Shown: piece after piece, positions 1 through 8,727 of the stretch
How positions within the stretch are numbered: position 1 is the first letter of the stretch
How the letters are laid out: the number at the start of each line of letters is the position of its first letter
IMG/VR virus record: IMGVR_UViG_3300045988_077051
Reading direction: 5' to 3' (one strand)
Source of the DNA: a virus
DNA: 34,635 nucleotides
Notes under the pieces: model-generated
Seen by the model: only the letters and a program-made list of their open reading frames with translations
What the model was told of the DNA's origin: nothing
The model's database searches: none
Program-made: the position numbers and the translations under genes

Positions 1-99
1 ATCCTACTTTGTTAGCTATAGCTGTATTTTTAAACGCGTTGCTATTTGATAATGTACATATTTTTGATGGGTTTGTTAATTTTATGATTGTCAATGCTG
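1..99. repeat. Terminal overlap copy 1 (identical to 34537-34635)
   Basis: Read directly: atcctactttgttagc...gattgtcaatgctg occurs at both window ends, 99/99 identical. It lies inside a coding frame. Confidence 0.95.
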
Positions 100-1294
100 A
101 GCATCCATAAAAAGCACTAGAATCTATACTTGTACACGCTGGTAAGCTTATACTTGTCAATGCTGTGCATCCGCCAAAAGCATAATAACTTATACTTGTA
201 CACGCTGGTAAGTTTATACTTGTCAATGCTGTGCAATCGTCAAAAGCACTAGCATCTATACTTGTACACGCTGGTAAGTTTATACTCGTTAACGATTTTT
301 TTTCGTAAAAAGCATATTTTCTAACCTTTGTGATTTCATCGTCATTGAAATCTCCAATTTTAGAGTCCATTAAGTATGCATAATAAGGTTTTTCAATTGC
401 GATTTTTTTCTCAAAAGTATCAACAATCATATCCAATGCTGTTGCTATTTCTTTTGTGTTTCCATCCGAAACTCCATTTATCATATTGATGTTTTCCTGC
501 GCCACATTATTGATGCTCTTAATCTGGCTTGTCGCTATATTATTAATTGCTTCTATCTGTGACACTGCTGTGTTGTTAATGTCTTTAATCTTTCCTTGTG
601 CCGTTTCAGTAATTCCTTTTTTCTGTGCATCTGCAACTGTGTTAATTCCACCTATCTGTGCCTGCGCTGCTGTAGCAACTGCTTCTGTACCTGATTTTGT
701 ATTCTGATTTGCTACTCTATTTATAGCATCAATCTGTGATACTGCCGTGTTATTAATATCTGTAAGTTTTGCATTTGTGGTATTGTCTAAGTCTTTAATC
801 TTACCGTTTGTCACCTCTGCTATCTGATTAACAGATTGTTCTGTTTTTATGTCTATCTGCTTTAAGCATTCTTCGTTTACCTTTACTTTGTCATTTGCTT
901 CGGCTACAAGTTTTTCTGCGTTTTCAAGCTTTTCTTCAACATATTTTCTAAACGGCTTTTCCTGTTCAGGTTCAATGTAATCTGCCGGCTTTGTACGTGC
1001 CTTAACAGGAATAATAACAGTCTTGATTGTTGTTTCACTATCTGAGTTAATTATTTTCAAATATGCCAGGATTTTCTTATTTTCCTGCAATAAAATATCA
1101 GGTATTTCTACCTGACTATCGTTTATTGCTTTATTTATTGTTAATTCGCTATTATTGTTTGAAAACTGTACCTCTGTTCCATCTTCTACTTTGTCTGTTA
1201 TCTTAAGAATCTGCCCCTTGTCATATTGATACAGCTGTTCAATCTGCGTCAGGGTTGAGTTTCCAAATTCTACCTCATGTATGTTATTGTCCAT
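1..1294 (-). CDS. Tail fibre / receptor-binding protein: BppU-N-like head, coiled-coil stalk, BspA-type LRR C-terminus (N-terminal 431 codons; continues at 34536->34433 on the circular map, 465 aa in total)
   Basis: ATG at 1294-1292 is preceded by AAGGAGGCAGAC. I checked every plus-strand triplet starting at 2,5,8...1292 and found no tta/cta/tca, so the minus frame is open to the window edge, which probably explains its absence from the ORF track. Translation reads MDNNIHEVEFGNSTLTQIEQLYQYDKGQILKITDKVEDG..., then repeated NNTAVSQI(D/E)AINN heptad-like segments, then 3 x LTSI(N/S)LPACTSI...AF..C LRR units. Confidence 0.8.
   Translation of the reverse strand, partial: MDNNIHEVEFGNSTLTQIEQLYQYDKGQILKITDKVEDGTEVQFSNNNSELTINKAINDSQVEIPDILLQENKKILAYLKIINSDSETTIKTVIIPVKARTKPADYIEPEQEKPFRKYVEEKLENAEKLVAEANDKVKVNEECLKQIDIKTEQSVNQIAEVTNGKIKDLDNTTNAKLTDINNTAVSQIDAINRVANQNTKSGTEAVATAAQAQIGGINTVADAQKKGITETAQGKIKDINNTAVSQIEAINNIATSQIKSINNVAQENINMINGVSDGNTKEIATALDMIVDTFEKKIAIEKPYYAYLMDSKIGDFNDDEITKVRKYAFYEKKSLTSINLPACTSIDASAFDDCTALTSINLPACTSISYYAFGGCTALTSISLPACTSIDSSAFYGCSALTIIKLTNPSKICTLSNSNAFKNTAIANKVG
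100..300 (-). repeat. 69-bp (23-codon) tandem DNA repeats encoding LRR units
   Basis: tatacttgtacacgctggtaag(c/t)ttatact... recurs about every 69 bp, in frame with the fibre CDS. Confidence 0.85.
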
Positions 1295-1307
1295 GTCTGC
1301 CTCCTTT

Positions 1308-3410
1308 CTATGCATCATATCCGGATATAAACTTTCTGTTAACAAAAAGAATGTTAGCTCTTCTTCCTCCACCACTTCCTGCTACATAGTTACCTGATGT
1401 TGCCGGATTTGTCTTTAAATTTCTTGTAAGCAACAGGTTATATCCACCTTGTCGAACTATCTCAAAAGCCGTATCTGGGTATGCTGTCCAATCAGCGTTA
1501 ATTGCAGCTATTGGAATATAACCATCTGGTGCATTGATAGTTGCCGGACTTTCTGTTACTACCGCTGATACACAACAGAACATCTTTCCAAATATATCCG
1601 ATACATTTTCAATCTGTGCAGCACCGTTTACTATTAAGTCACCAGCAACTCCAAGATTTCCTCCTATATATGCGTAACTTTTTGCATATATTTCTCCATC
1701 ACCTGTTACGTAAAATATATTTTCCCATTCATCAGTTGTATTTAATCGTCTTTGAACAATGTAAGTCATCCAATTAACTTTTGGGTCTGCTACAGGTTGA
1801 AAATACACTCTATATGTATATCCATCAACTCCTACCGCATCCTGGTACAGTTTATCACCATCAATAGTCCATCCACCAAAAGTTCCACGATATGCAGTTA
1901 AACCATTGTTATTTATCATTCCAACTAAATTACCTGATGCATCTGTAACCTTCAGTACACCATTGCCGTTCTTTTCTCCACCAAGATTAAGAGTACCACC
2001 CTTTGCCCAATCGAAACTGATACCTATAGTTGATAGTACTTTTGTAATTACATTACCGTCTTTTCCAAGTCCTGCATTAAATGTCTTTCCACCATCAGTC
2101 GAAACCGCTATTGCATTGGCTGTCATTTTCCATATTGTTGTTGATTCTTTCAATGTTTTTTTATCATGCAGATAGAAAATAGTTGAACCATCCTTCTGTT
2201 TTTCCTCTGTCTTATATATACCAAACGAACCCATCATCAAATCCGTCAATCTCTGCATTTCGTTATTGTAATCATTAATTAACTGCTGGTTGTTCTGATG
2301 TGCCTTTGATACTATCTTGTCAGATATTGAAAAACGCTGGTATTGATTTTCTGTTTCAGTTTCAGCGCCTAAAGATAGCTCCTGATTACCACAAAGTGTA
2401 AAAGTACAGTTTGTGACAAAACTTTCAAATGACCTTCCTTTTCTGTCAGTTACTTTAATACTGTCCCCTGCTTCTATTGTAGGGTCAGATAAACACGATA
2501 AACTGTAAACCCTTATTGTTGTTCCTACCACGGAACTTTTTAGTATATTCATTACTTTATTTGCCATGTCCTCTGTCTGAATCAAAGGATTATCTTCCAT
2601 AGTTAGAACATATCCTTCTTCTCCAACAAATGCAGTTCTGTTTTCTTCCGTTGGTTCGGATTCCTCTTCTTTAACGGTAGTAACCGTATATCCAAATCTT
2701 ACACCTGTTATTGTCATTGAAGAACGATTCTTTGTAAGAGCTGACTGTTCAGTTATCTCATAAGGTGAATCAGATCTTTTATACCATGTAAATTTTAATT
2801 TCTGATCATCTGCTGCTATGTATGCATATTTGCCTAATATCTTTCCACAGTAACTTACAACATCTCTATATGTAAGTGAATCTGTAGCCGGCTTTGAATT
2901 AACTATATAATCCGCTCCGGTTCCTAAATTTGCATCTAGCGTTAAGCCACAATGTTCGCACGCATCCTGAAGTATCTCACGAATACTTGCAGGATATGCC
3001 AATGTACTTTCAGCATATGGCAAATCAAGGAACAGTATTTTATCATATGCTTCAATTACTATAGTGTCTCCTGAATCCTGGGCGCTGTTAATGTAAAATA
3101 TTCCCTTTGTTACATATTCAAAGCTGTCTTCTACTAAAAGACCTATCTTTGTTGATATTCTTGCATCTGACAAATCCACATCATCAAATCTTTCATCTGT
3201 ATTATCAATTGTTAATGATAATTTAGCAGCTACAACGCTTCCTACATCAAACGTGCTGTCTGATGATGTTGCTGAATTAATTGAATATGCTAAAACATCT
3301 GACATAGTTAATGGTATTTGTGAATCATCTTTAAGAATTATTGTATCTTCTAGCGAGAATATTCTATCTTCTTTTATTGATTTCTTATAATTTTCTGTTA
3401 CATTAATCAT
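1308..3410 (-). CDS. Tail tip / tail-associated protein (Tal-like, prophage tail endopeptidase-type minor structural protein)
   Basis: 700-aa ORF directly downstream of the Dit-like and tape measure genes. N-terminus MINVTENYKKSIKEDRIF...VVAAKLSLTIDN resembles siphovirus Tal N-terminal domains. The call rests on position and size. Confidence 0.7.
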   Translation of the reverse strand: MINVTENYKKSIKEDRIFSLEDTIILKDDSQIPLTMSDVLAYSINSATSSDSTFDVGSVVAAKLSLTIDNTDERFDDVDLSDARISTKIGLLVEDSFEYVTKGIFYINSAQDSGDTIVIEAYDKILFLDLPYAESTLAYPASIREILQDACEHCGLTLDANLGTGADYIVNSKPATDSLTYRDVVSYCGKILGKYAYIAADDQKLKFTWYKRSDSPYEITEQSALTKNRSSMTITGVRFGYTVTTVKEEESEPTEENRTAFVGEEGYVLTMEDNPLIQTEDMANKVMNILKSSVVGTTIRVYSLSCLSDPTIEAGDSIKVTDRKGRSFESFVTNCTFTLCGNQELSLGAETETENQYQRFSISDKIVSKAHQNNQQLINDYNNEMQRLTDLMMGSFGIYKTEEKQKDGSTIFYLHDKKTLKESTTIWKMTANAIAVSTDGGKTFNAGLGKDGNVITKVLSTIGISFDWAKGGTLNLGGEKNGNGVLKVTDASGNLVGMINNNGLTAYRGTFGGWTIDGDKLYQDAVGVDGYTYRVYFQPVADPKVNWMTYIVQRRLNTTDEWENIFYVTGDGEIYAKSYAYIGGNLGVAGDLIVNGAAQIENVSDIFGKMFCCVSAVVTESPATINAPDGYIPIAAINADWTAYPDTAFEIVRQGGYNLLLTRNLKTNPATSGNYVAGSGGGRRANILFVNRKFISGYDA

Positions 3411-3423
3411 TTAATTTCCTCTT

Positions 3424-3783
3424 TTATTGCTGAACCAAGTCAACTGTTGCAGATTTGTAATAAAATATTCCATCTGACAGTTTTCCTAATACCTCTTTAG
3501 TTAATGTTCCTCTGTATACATTAATGGTTATCAATCCACCATCATCTCTAAACGTAACCGGGAAAAATCCTCTTGTTAGATTTCTTTTTATTTTTAAATA
3601 TTCATCTTCTGTTAAGATTCCCCATGCTATGCTTACTGTCTTTTTTTCTGCTACTACATCACCTGTCATTTTCCCACTTAATGTTCTACCTGTATCTGCT
3701 GTCCATATCAGTTCATCTGCTATAGACAGACTGACAGGAGCAGGAAGAACAACACTTCCTGCTTTTAATATTGCTTCTGCCAT
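3424..3783 (-). CDS. Short distal tail protein-like (Dit position, DUF6711-like)
   Basis: 119-aa ORF between the tape measure and Tal genes. The call is mostly positional. It is far shorter than classical ~250-aa Dit proteins. Confidence 0.45.
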   Translation of the reverse strand: MAEAILKAGSVVLPAPVSLSIADELIWTADTGRTLSGKMTGDVVAEKKTVSIAWGILTEDEYLKIKRNLTRGFFPVTFRDDGGLITINVYRGTLTKEVLGKLSDGIFYYKSATVDLVQQ

Positions 3784-3793
3784 TGATTTTCTC

Positions 3794-6700
3794 CTATCCT
3801 ATTGTCACACTATTAAAACGTCTGTCTAGTGCTGCTTTCTTTGCTTTTTCAAGCCTTGCCAATTGCTCACCATCAATATTAAATCCAACACTTGAAAGTG
3901 CTGCTATAATCCTAATTACTGCTCTGTCCATTATACTTGCTAATTCATCCTTCGTGATTCCATTACCACCAGCTTTGCTTACTGCTTCATCTACCATCGC
4001 CTGTAACTTATTTTCAGGAGCAACAACTTCTCCCTGATGTCTGTTATCACCAATCATTGCAAGCTGTGGAGTGTTCTTTTTAACAAAACCACCTTGTGCA
4101 AGTTTTGGTGTAAGTTTAGGTATTTGAGGTACTGATATTGGATTTTCACTCCATAGACTTTCAAATGGTTTTACGTTACCTATTCCTACTCCTCTAATCT
4201 TATTAAGCATTCCGTTAATGGAATTAAACGGCATTTTAATAATCTTATTTATTCCATCTATTAATCCATTAACTACTGTCTTAAACGTATCAGCTATACC
4301 TTCCTTTATTCCGGTAAATATCTTTCCACCTGTACTGAATACATCCTTAACTGCTGTCCACGCAGCACTAAACTTTGAGCTAAACCAATCAACTACATTG
4401 CTAAAGCAACCTTTAATTGCTCCCCATACATCTTCTTTAAAGAATGATTTTACATTTGCAAACGCACTTTTGACTTTATCATATGCTCCTGTAAACTTCT
4501 CACTGAAGAATGTTCCAACATTAACGAAAACTGTCTTAACTGCGTCATATTTAGTCTGGAACCAACTACCCATTCCTTTAAATGTTGTTGATATAGCTGA
4601 CCATGCTACCTTAAATGGTCCGCTTATGGCTGTTCCAACTGTTGCAAGTATTCCTTTTAATGCTGTAAAGAAACCACTAAAGATTCCCTTTATTCCATCC
4701 CATGCCTTTTTCCAATCACCTGAGAATACTCCTGTAATAAAGTCTACTACTCCCTTTGCAGTTGTAGTTATTCCATTAATTACAGTTTGAATACTTTCTA
4801 TATAAGTCTTAACTATTCCTACTATAGTTTGTAATATAGGGTCTATTTTTTCTTTTAATTTTGAAAATGCATCAGGTAATGTTGTAGTTAAAAATTCCTT
4901 AATTGCATCAAAGCACACAAAGAAGGTACTTTTAATACCTTTCCAAATTTTATCAACAGCTTTCTTAAACCAATCGCACTTGTTATACAGCAATACAAAT
5001 GCTGCAATTAATGCTGTAACTGCAATTACTATTAAAGCCAAAGGATTTGCATTCATAACAATATTTAATGCCTTTTGTGCTAATGCGGATGCCTTTTGTG
5101 CTACTGTTAATGCAATAGTTTTTGCAGTACTTGCGGCCTTCACTATTGCATCTTTTGCATATAGCGCAACAATCTTGGCTGTTTCGATATTGTCCTTTAT
5201 CTTTGCAACGGTACACGCTGATATAGCTTTCTTCATTTTTTCCAGAATTGACACTATACCACCTGCATTTACAATAAATTCGCCGAATTTTATTGCTTTC
5301 CATGCTGCCATAAATCCTGCTACGGCAACTGTTGCTGTCCTGATTGTTCCCGGATGTTTTTCACACCAATCTGAGAATTTATTTAATACTCCATTAATTC
5401 CATCCCATATTGTGGTGAATGCACCAGCTGTCCAACTTGCAATTTTAGTTAATACGTTATCCCATAGCCATTTAAACAATGGTTTCAATGCTTCAATTAC
5501 TGCATTAAGTATGTTTATTGCATTTTTAAGGGTTTCTAAAAATCTTGGGACTACTTCATTAGCTGTCCATGTACCTAATGGAACTAATACATTTTTCCAA
5601 AACCAAAGTAAACCCTCACCTACATTAATGGCAAATGGAGTTAGTGCTTTCCATAAATTATTTAAGGATTTTTCTATTTTTCCATAATTTATATTGTTTA
5701 ATCCATCATTTAATGCTGATATAAATTCAGGTAATCCTTTGCCTAATGTCCATTTGGCAACTGGAACTAAAAAATTAGTATAAAAGCCTTTAAGTGCATT
5801 CCAACTAAAACCAGCCAATTTAGACAAACCTTCATTGTACAGTTTTTTTAATGCTTCTGTTGTTGGTGCCAGTTCTTTTTGCATGTCCTTGAAAATCTTT
5901 GCAAATTTCTTTGAATATCCATCTAGTTCTGTCTCACCTTTATTAAGACTTCCATAGTCAACTTGACTACCGGCTACTGAACTACCATTACTTCCATTGC
6001 TTCCTGATGATGAATCATCTGATGTTGGTTCAGTTAATTTATTTATCTTGTCAAAGCCTGCAAGTGATTTTTCAACTTTTTTTGCCGTCTTTGTAGCAGT
6101 ATCTCCTATTGATTTCACATTACTGTTTGCATCAGAAGCGGCTGCGGAAGCATTTTCCATTCCTGTTGCTATTCCAGTTGTGGATTTTTCTGCATTCTTG
6201 TTACCTGTTATTAAGTCTGTAAATGCTTTAAATGCACTTGCAAGCGTTGCCAATTTGCCTAAAAGTACATTAACTGCCTTAATAACCGGAGTAAACACAT
6301 TAATTAACCCCTGGCCTAAACTTGCTTTCAGACTGTCAAACTGCAATGCTAATAATCTTGTTTGATTTGCCCAACTGTCTGATGTTCTGGCGAAATCGCC
6401 TGTAGCATTTGATAACTGTTGTTGAACAAATGCATATCTTAACGCAACTTTTTCCTGCTCATTCATCTTTGCAGTTGTTTTTCCATAACCATTAGCAAGA
6501 GCATACTGATCTAACGCTGTTTGTGTCATTACTACACCTAAATCTTTTAAAGATTCAGTTTCACCTGTAAATACAGATTTTATTTTTGTATATGCTTCAT
6601 CCTGACTAATGTTATAAAATGATGCCACATCACCGGCTAATCCTGTTAATGTGGTACTCATATTAGCTGCTTCTTTTTCTGTAAATCCAAACGCTGATGC

Positions 6701-7018
6701 CATCGAGCCAAATGTACCAGCATATCTCTTGGCCATAGTTTCTGATAATCCAAATTGAGCTGCTGCACTTTTAGCGAATTTATCAATTGTACTACTCATA
6801 TTTGGGAATGCTACATCGACTACGTTCTGAACTTCTGCTAAATCACTACCTAATTCTAGGCATTCTTTTCCAAAGTTAACTATTCCTTTAACAGCAAAGG
6901 CAGAAGCTATAACTGCCCCTGCCTTTTTTGCAACTGATTTTATTCCGTTTAACTGTGACTGAAATTGATTCTGATTAATAACTAAATCAAGTCCAATCTG
7001 ACCGACACTTTCAGCCAT
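3794..7018 (-). CDS. Tail tape measure protein
   Basis: 1074 aa, Ala/Gly/Lys-rich helical protein with hydrophobic central segments, located after the G/T chaperones. The start is moved to ATG 7018 (MAESVGQ...), preceded by AAAGGAGAGAGAAT. The track start at 7045 lacks an RBS. Confidence 0.9.
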   Translation of the reverse strand: MAESVGQIGLDLVINQNQFQSQLNGIKSVAKKAGAVIASAFAVKGIVNFGKECLELGSDLAEVQNVVDVAFPNMSSTIDKFAKSAAAQFGLSETMAKRYAGTFGSMASAFGFTEKEAANMSTTLTGLAGDVASFYNISQDEAYTKIKSVFTGETESLKDLGVVMTQTALDQYALANGYGKTTAKMNEQEKVALRYAFVQQQLSNATGDFARTSDSWANQTRLLALQFDSLKASLGQGLINVFTPVIKAVNVLLGKLATLASAFKAFTDLITGNKNAEKSTTGIATGMENASAAASDANSNVKSIGDTATKTAKKVEKSLAGFDKINKLTEPTSDDSSSGSNGSNGSSVAGSQVDYGSLNKGETELDGYSKKFAKIFKDMQKELAPTTEALKKLYNEGLSKLAGFSWNALKGFYTNFLVPVAKWTLGKGLPEFISALNDGLNNINYGKIEKSLNNLWKALTPFAINVGEGLLWFWKNVLVPLGTWTANEVVPRFLETLKNAINILNAVIEALKPLFKWLWDNVLTKIASWTAGAFTTIWDGINGVLNKFSDWCEKHPGTIRTATVAVAGFMAAWKAIKFGEFIVNAGGIVSILEKMKKAISACTVAKIKDNIETAKIVALYAKDAIVKAASTAKTIALTVAQKASALAQKALNIVMNANPLALIVIAVTALIAAFVLLYNKCDWFKKAVDKIWKGIKSTFFVCFDAIKEFLTTTLPDAFSKLKEKIDPILQTIVGIVKTYIESIQTVINGITTTAKGVVDFITGVFSGDWKKAWDGIKGIFSGFFTALKGILATVGTAISGPFKVAWSAISTTFKGMGSWFQTKYDAVKTVFVNVGTFFSEKFTGAYDKVKSAFANVKSFFKEDVWGAIKGCFSNVVDWFSSKFSAAWTAVKDVFSTGGKIFTGIKEGIADTFKTVVNGLIDGINKIIKMPFNSINGMLNKIRGVGIGNVKPFESLWSENPISVPQIPKLTPKLAQGGFVKKNTPQLAMIGDNRHQGEVVAPENKLQAMVDEAVSKAGGNGITKDELASIMDRAVIRIIAALSSVGFNIDGEQLARLEKAKKAALDRRFNSVTIG

Positions 7019-7068
7019 ATTCTCTCTCCTTTCTAAAGCAGGCACGCTCTCCTACTCTAAGGTGGAGA

Positions 7069-7212
7069 TTATTGGCTCTTGACTTCATTTCTTCTTTTCC
7101 TGATAAACTCTATGTAATTAATTTGATTACATCGTGGGCATTTAATTTCGCCCTTAAAGACGTCTGCCTTGCACAAGGTCTGCCCACATATATTGCATTT
7201 AATTCTATACAT
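7069..7212 (-). CDS. Com-like zinc-ribbon protein (47 aa), below the ORF-track length cutoff
   Basis: Hand translation gives MYRIKCNICGQTLCKADVFKGEIKCPRCNQINYIEFIRKRRNEVKSQ*. The CxxC-x3-L-x-KAD-...-EIKCPRC pattern matches phage Mu Com (IRCKNCNKLLFKAD...EIRCPRC). The ATG overlaps the end of the chaperone T frame (AAATGTATAG). The stop lies 50 nt before the tape measure ATG. Confidence 0.7.
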   Translation of the reverse strand: MYRIKCNICGQTLCKADVFKGEIKCPRCNQINYIEFIRKRRNEVKSQ

Positions 7213-7555
7213 TTAACCCTGCCATTCTCATAAACATCTTTTCCATATTCTGAATTGATTTCTCTGCATCTTCTTTTGATACTGTTGCCCTAGAATGTTT
7301 CGATAGCCATTCATTCCTGATTTTTCTTTGCTCATCATTAAAGTTCTTTAATATGTCTTTGTCTGTTTCTGCTCTAACAGACACGATTCTTCCCAATGCC
7401 GTATCAGGTGAAATTCCTATTAGCAAGCTCACAAATTCACTCCACCGCATTGTTTTTAATTCTGCCAGCCTTATTCCATACTGAGATGCAAAAGAACTCA
7501 CTATGAGGTCAAAATCATCTATCAGGTCATAGAATGTATCTACTCCCCCGACTGT
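7205..7555 (-). CDS. Tail assembly chaperone, -1 frame extension (gpT-like part of the G-T fusion)
   Basis: The frame of ORF 7205..7501 stays open upstream to 7555 and overlaps the last 16 nt of the G ORF in the -1 frame. This is the conserved G/G-T arrangement upstream of the tape measure gene. Confidence 0.75.
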   Translation of the reverse strand, partial: TVGGVDTFYDLIDDFDLIVSSFASQYGIRLAELKTMRWSEFVSLLIGISPDTALGRIVSVRAETDKDILKNFNDEQRKIRNEWLSKHSRATVSKEDAEKSIQNMEKMFMRMAGLNV

Positions 7556-7836
7556 TCATTCTCACTTCCGGACGCAAGATTAATTGCAGCCATTACTACA
7601 GTGTTATAGTCTTTGAAATTAAGATGTAAAGAATCTAATTTCTTTTTGCTTTCTTTTGTAAATATGATTTCACACATTTCAAGAACATCCTTAGCCGTTG
7701 GTTCATCTGTTGCAAGACCCATTACTTTCAATAAGTTTTCTGCACTTGCATCAACTTCGAGTTCTATATCTTTTACTTTTAATCTTGGGTTTTCTTCAAA
7801 ATCTAATTTATCTGTAATATCAATAATCTTTGACAT
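7540..7836 (-). CDS. Tail assembly chaperone (gpG-like)
   Basis: 98-aa acidic ORF between the major tail and tape measure genes, with GGAGGAATATAAC upstream of the ATG. Confidence 0.75.
   Translation of the reverse strand: MSKIIDITDKLDFEENPRLKVKDIELEVDASAENLLKVMGLATDEPTAKDVLEMCEIIFTKESKKKLDSLHLNFKDYNTVVMAAINLASGSENEQSGE
7543..7551 (-). other. Candidate -1 programmed frameshift site (TCG GGG GAG -> GGG GGA)
   Basis: The plus-strand C5 run at 7545-7549 is a G5 run in the mRNA, two codons before the G stop (TAG 7542-7540). tRNA-Gly on GGG can re-pair with GGG one base back. Confidence 0.6.
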
Positions 7837-7851
7837 GTTATATTCCTCCTA

Positions 7852-7886
7852 ATACTAAAATGGAGCAAGGCTTTTAACCCTGCTCC
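7852..7886 (-). terminator. Intrinsic terminator/attenuator after the major tail gene
   Basis: Minus RNA GGAGCAGGG-UUAAAAG-CCUUGCUCC (9 bp, one G-U) followed by AUUUUAGUAUU, 7 nt after the stop codon. Confidence 0.55.
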
Positions 7887-7892
7887 TTAATT

Positions 7893-8330
7893 CTAAATTG
7901 CTGGTGTTACAACCGGCTTACCATTACTCTGAACATCAAATTCAAGTGGTCCTACTGCTGTACTGTCACCTGCTCCAAGTGCTGTTACATTAAATATTGC
8001 ATTTTTCAAAAGAACTGTAGTCCCATCAGGGAATGTCCACTGAAAATTTCCTTCTGCATCTCTGCCATTTACGAACGCTTTACCTGCTACATAATCATTC
8101 CCTGCATCTCCTACATTACGTTTTCCTGATACTGAAATAGTTAATGCTTTTGCTGTCATTAATCCTCTCTGCCATCCTTCTGTGTCCACTGGTGTCCAAT
8201 TTTCTACACCGTTGTCAAATGACACTGAAAAACTTTCCATATCAGCTATACTGTTTAAGTTGCCTTCCTCTGCACCTAACTGAAAGGCATTTTTATACAC
8301 TGGAAAAACTCCTGAATCCTTAGCTGCCAT
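7893..8330 (-). CDS. Major tail protein
   Basis: 145 aa, located between the tail terminator-like gene and the chaperones. Sequence style resembles the TP901-1/phi13 major tail family (…GKRNVGDAGNDYVAGKAF…). Confidence 0.75.
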   Translation of the reverse strand: MAAKDSGVFPVYKNAFQLGAEEGNLNSIADMESFSVSFDNGVENWTPVDTEGWQRGLMTAKALTISVSGKRNVGDAGNDYVAGKAFVNGRDAEGNFQWTFPDGTTVLLKNAIFNVTALGAGDSTAVGPLEFDVQSNGKPVVTPAI

Positions 8331-8331
8331 G

Positions 8332-8727
8332 TTATACTCCTTTCGAATAATAAAAATCTATTTCTATAACCCTTTCGTATACTCCTTTTTCATCTGTTCC
8401 TACATCTATAGGTTCTGAATTAAGTAACTTTATGTAAGGGATATGAACATTGTTAATTGTTACATTTGTCTGGCTTCTTAAAACATTCCATAAAGCCATC
8501 GCTTTTTCTTCTGTTTCATCTGCATCATTAGACCAATGCAGAAGTATTGATACAGGTTTAATGTCATATGATGACTTTTCACCTATACACATTCTTGGCT
8601 GATCAGATGTTCTTCTCTGATATACTCCAACAGATTTATCCTGCTTGTTATCTAACTTTCCCATGTAATAATGTTCAGCTATATCAAACTGCTTCAACCA
8701 GTCTTTTATATCCTTTAAAGAAATCAT
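8332..8727 (-). CDS. Tail terminator / tail completion protein (SPP1 gp17-like position)
   Basis: 131-aa ORF immediately upstream of the major tail gene. The call is positional and by size. Confidence 0.5.
   Translation of the reverse strand: MISLKDIKDWLKQFDIAEHYYMGKLDNKQDKSVGVYQRRTSDQPRMCIGEKSSYDIKPVSILLHWSNDADETEEKAMALWNVLRSQTNVTINNVHIPYIKLLNSEPIDVGTDEKGVYERVIEIDFYYSKGV

Noticed and set aside
1-99. Terminal 99-bp direct repeat as a physical DTR of the virion DNA
   Set aside because: It lies in the middle of a continuous reading frame and has the length of an assembler k-mer. An assembly overlap of a circular contig is the simpler explanation.
100-300. Regularly spaced ~69-bp repeats (also at 33987-34270) that could look like a CRISPR array
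   Set aside because: The repeats are in frame within long ORFs and encode 23-residue LRR units. The 'spacers' are also conserved. There are no cas genes and no leader.
4218-5687. Long plus-strand ORFs (4218..4790, 4980..5687, also 3524..4037, 5997..6365, 456..707, 1541..2175) and minus-strand alternative-frame ORF 4983..5303
   Set aside because: These are shadow ORFs inside the tape measure, Tal and fibre genes. They are low-complexity, hydrophobic and Leu/Ser/Phe-rich with no RBS, and arise from AT-rich codon bias on the opposite strand.
7019-7045. Upstream extensions of several track ORFs: tape measure from 7045, integrase from 30906, 9846..10211, 9110..9472, 33787..34452
   Set aside because: Internal ATGs with well-spaced Shine-Dalgarno sequences (7018, 30951, 10172, 9448, 34416) fit the gene packing better. 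The extensions overlap upstream genes or lack an RBS.
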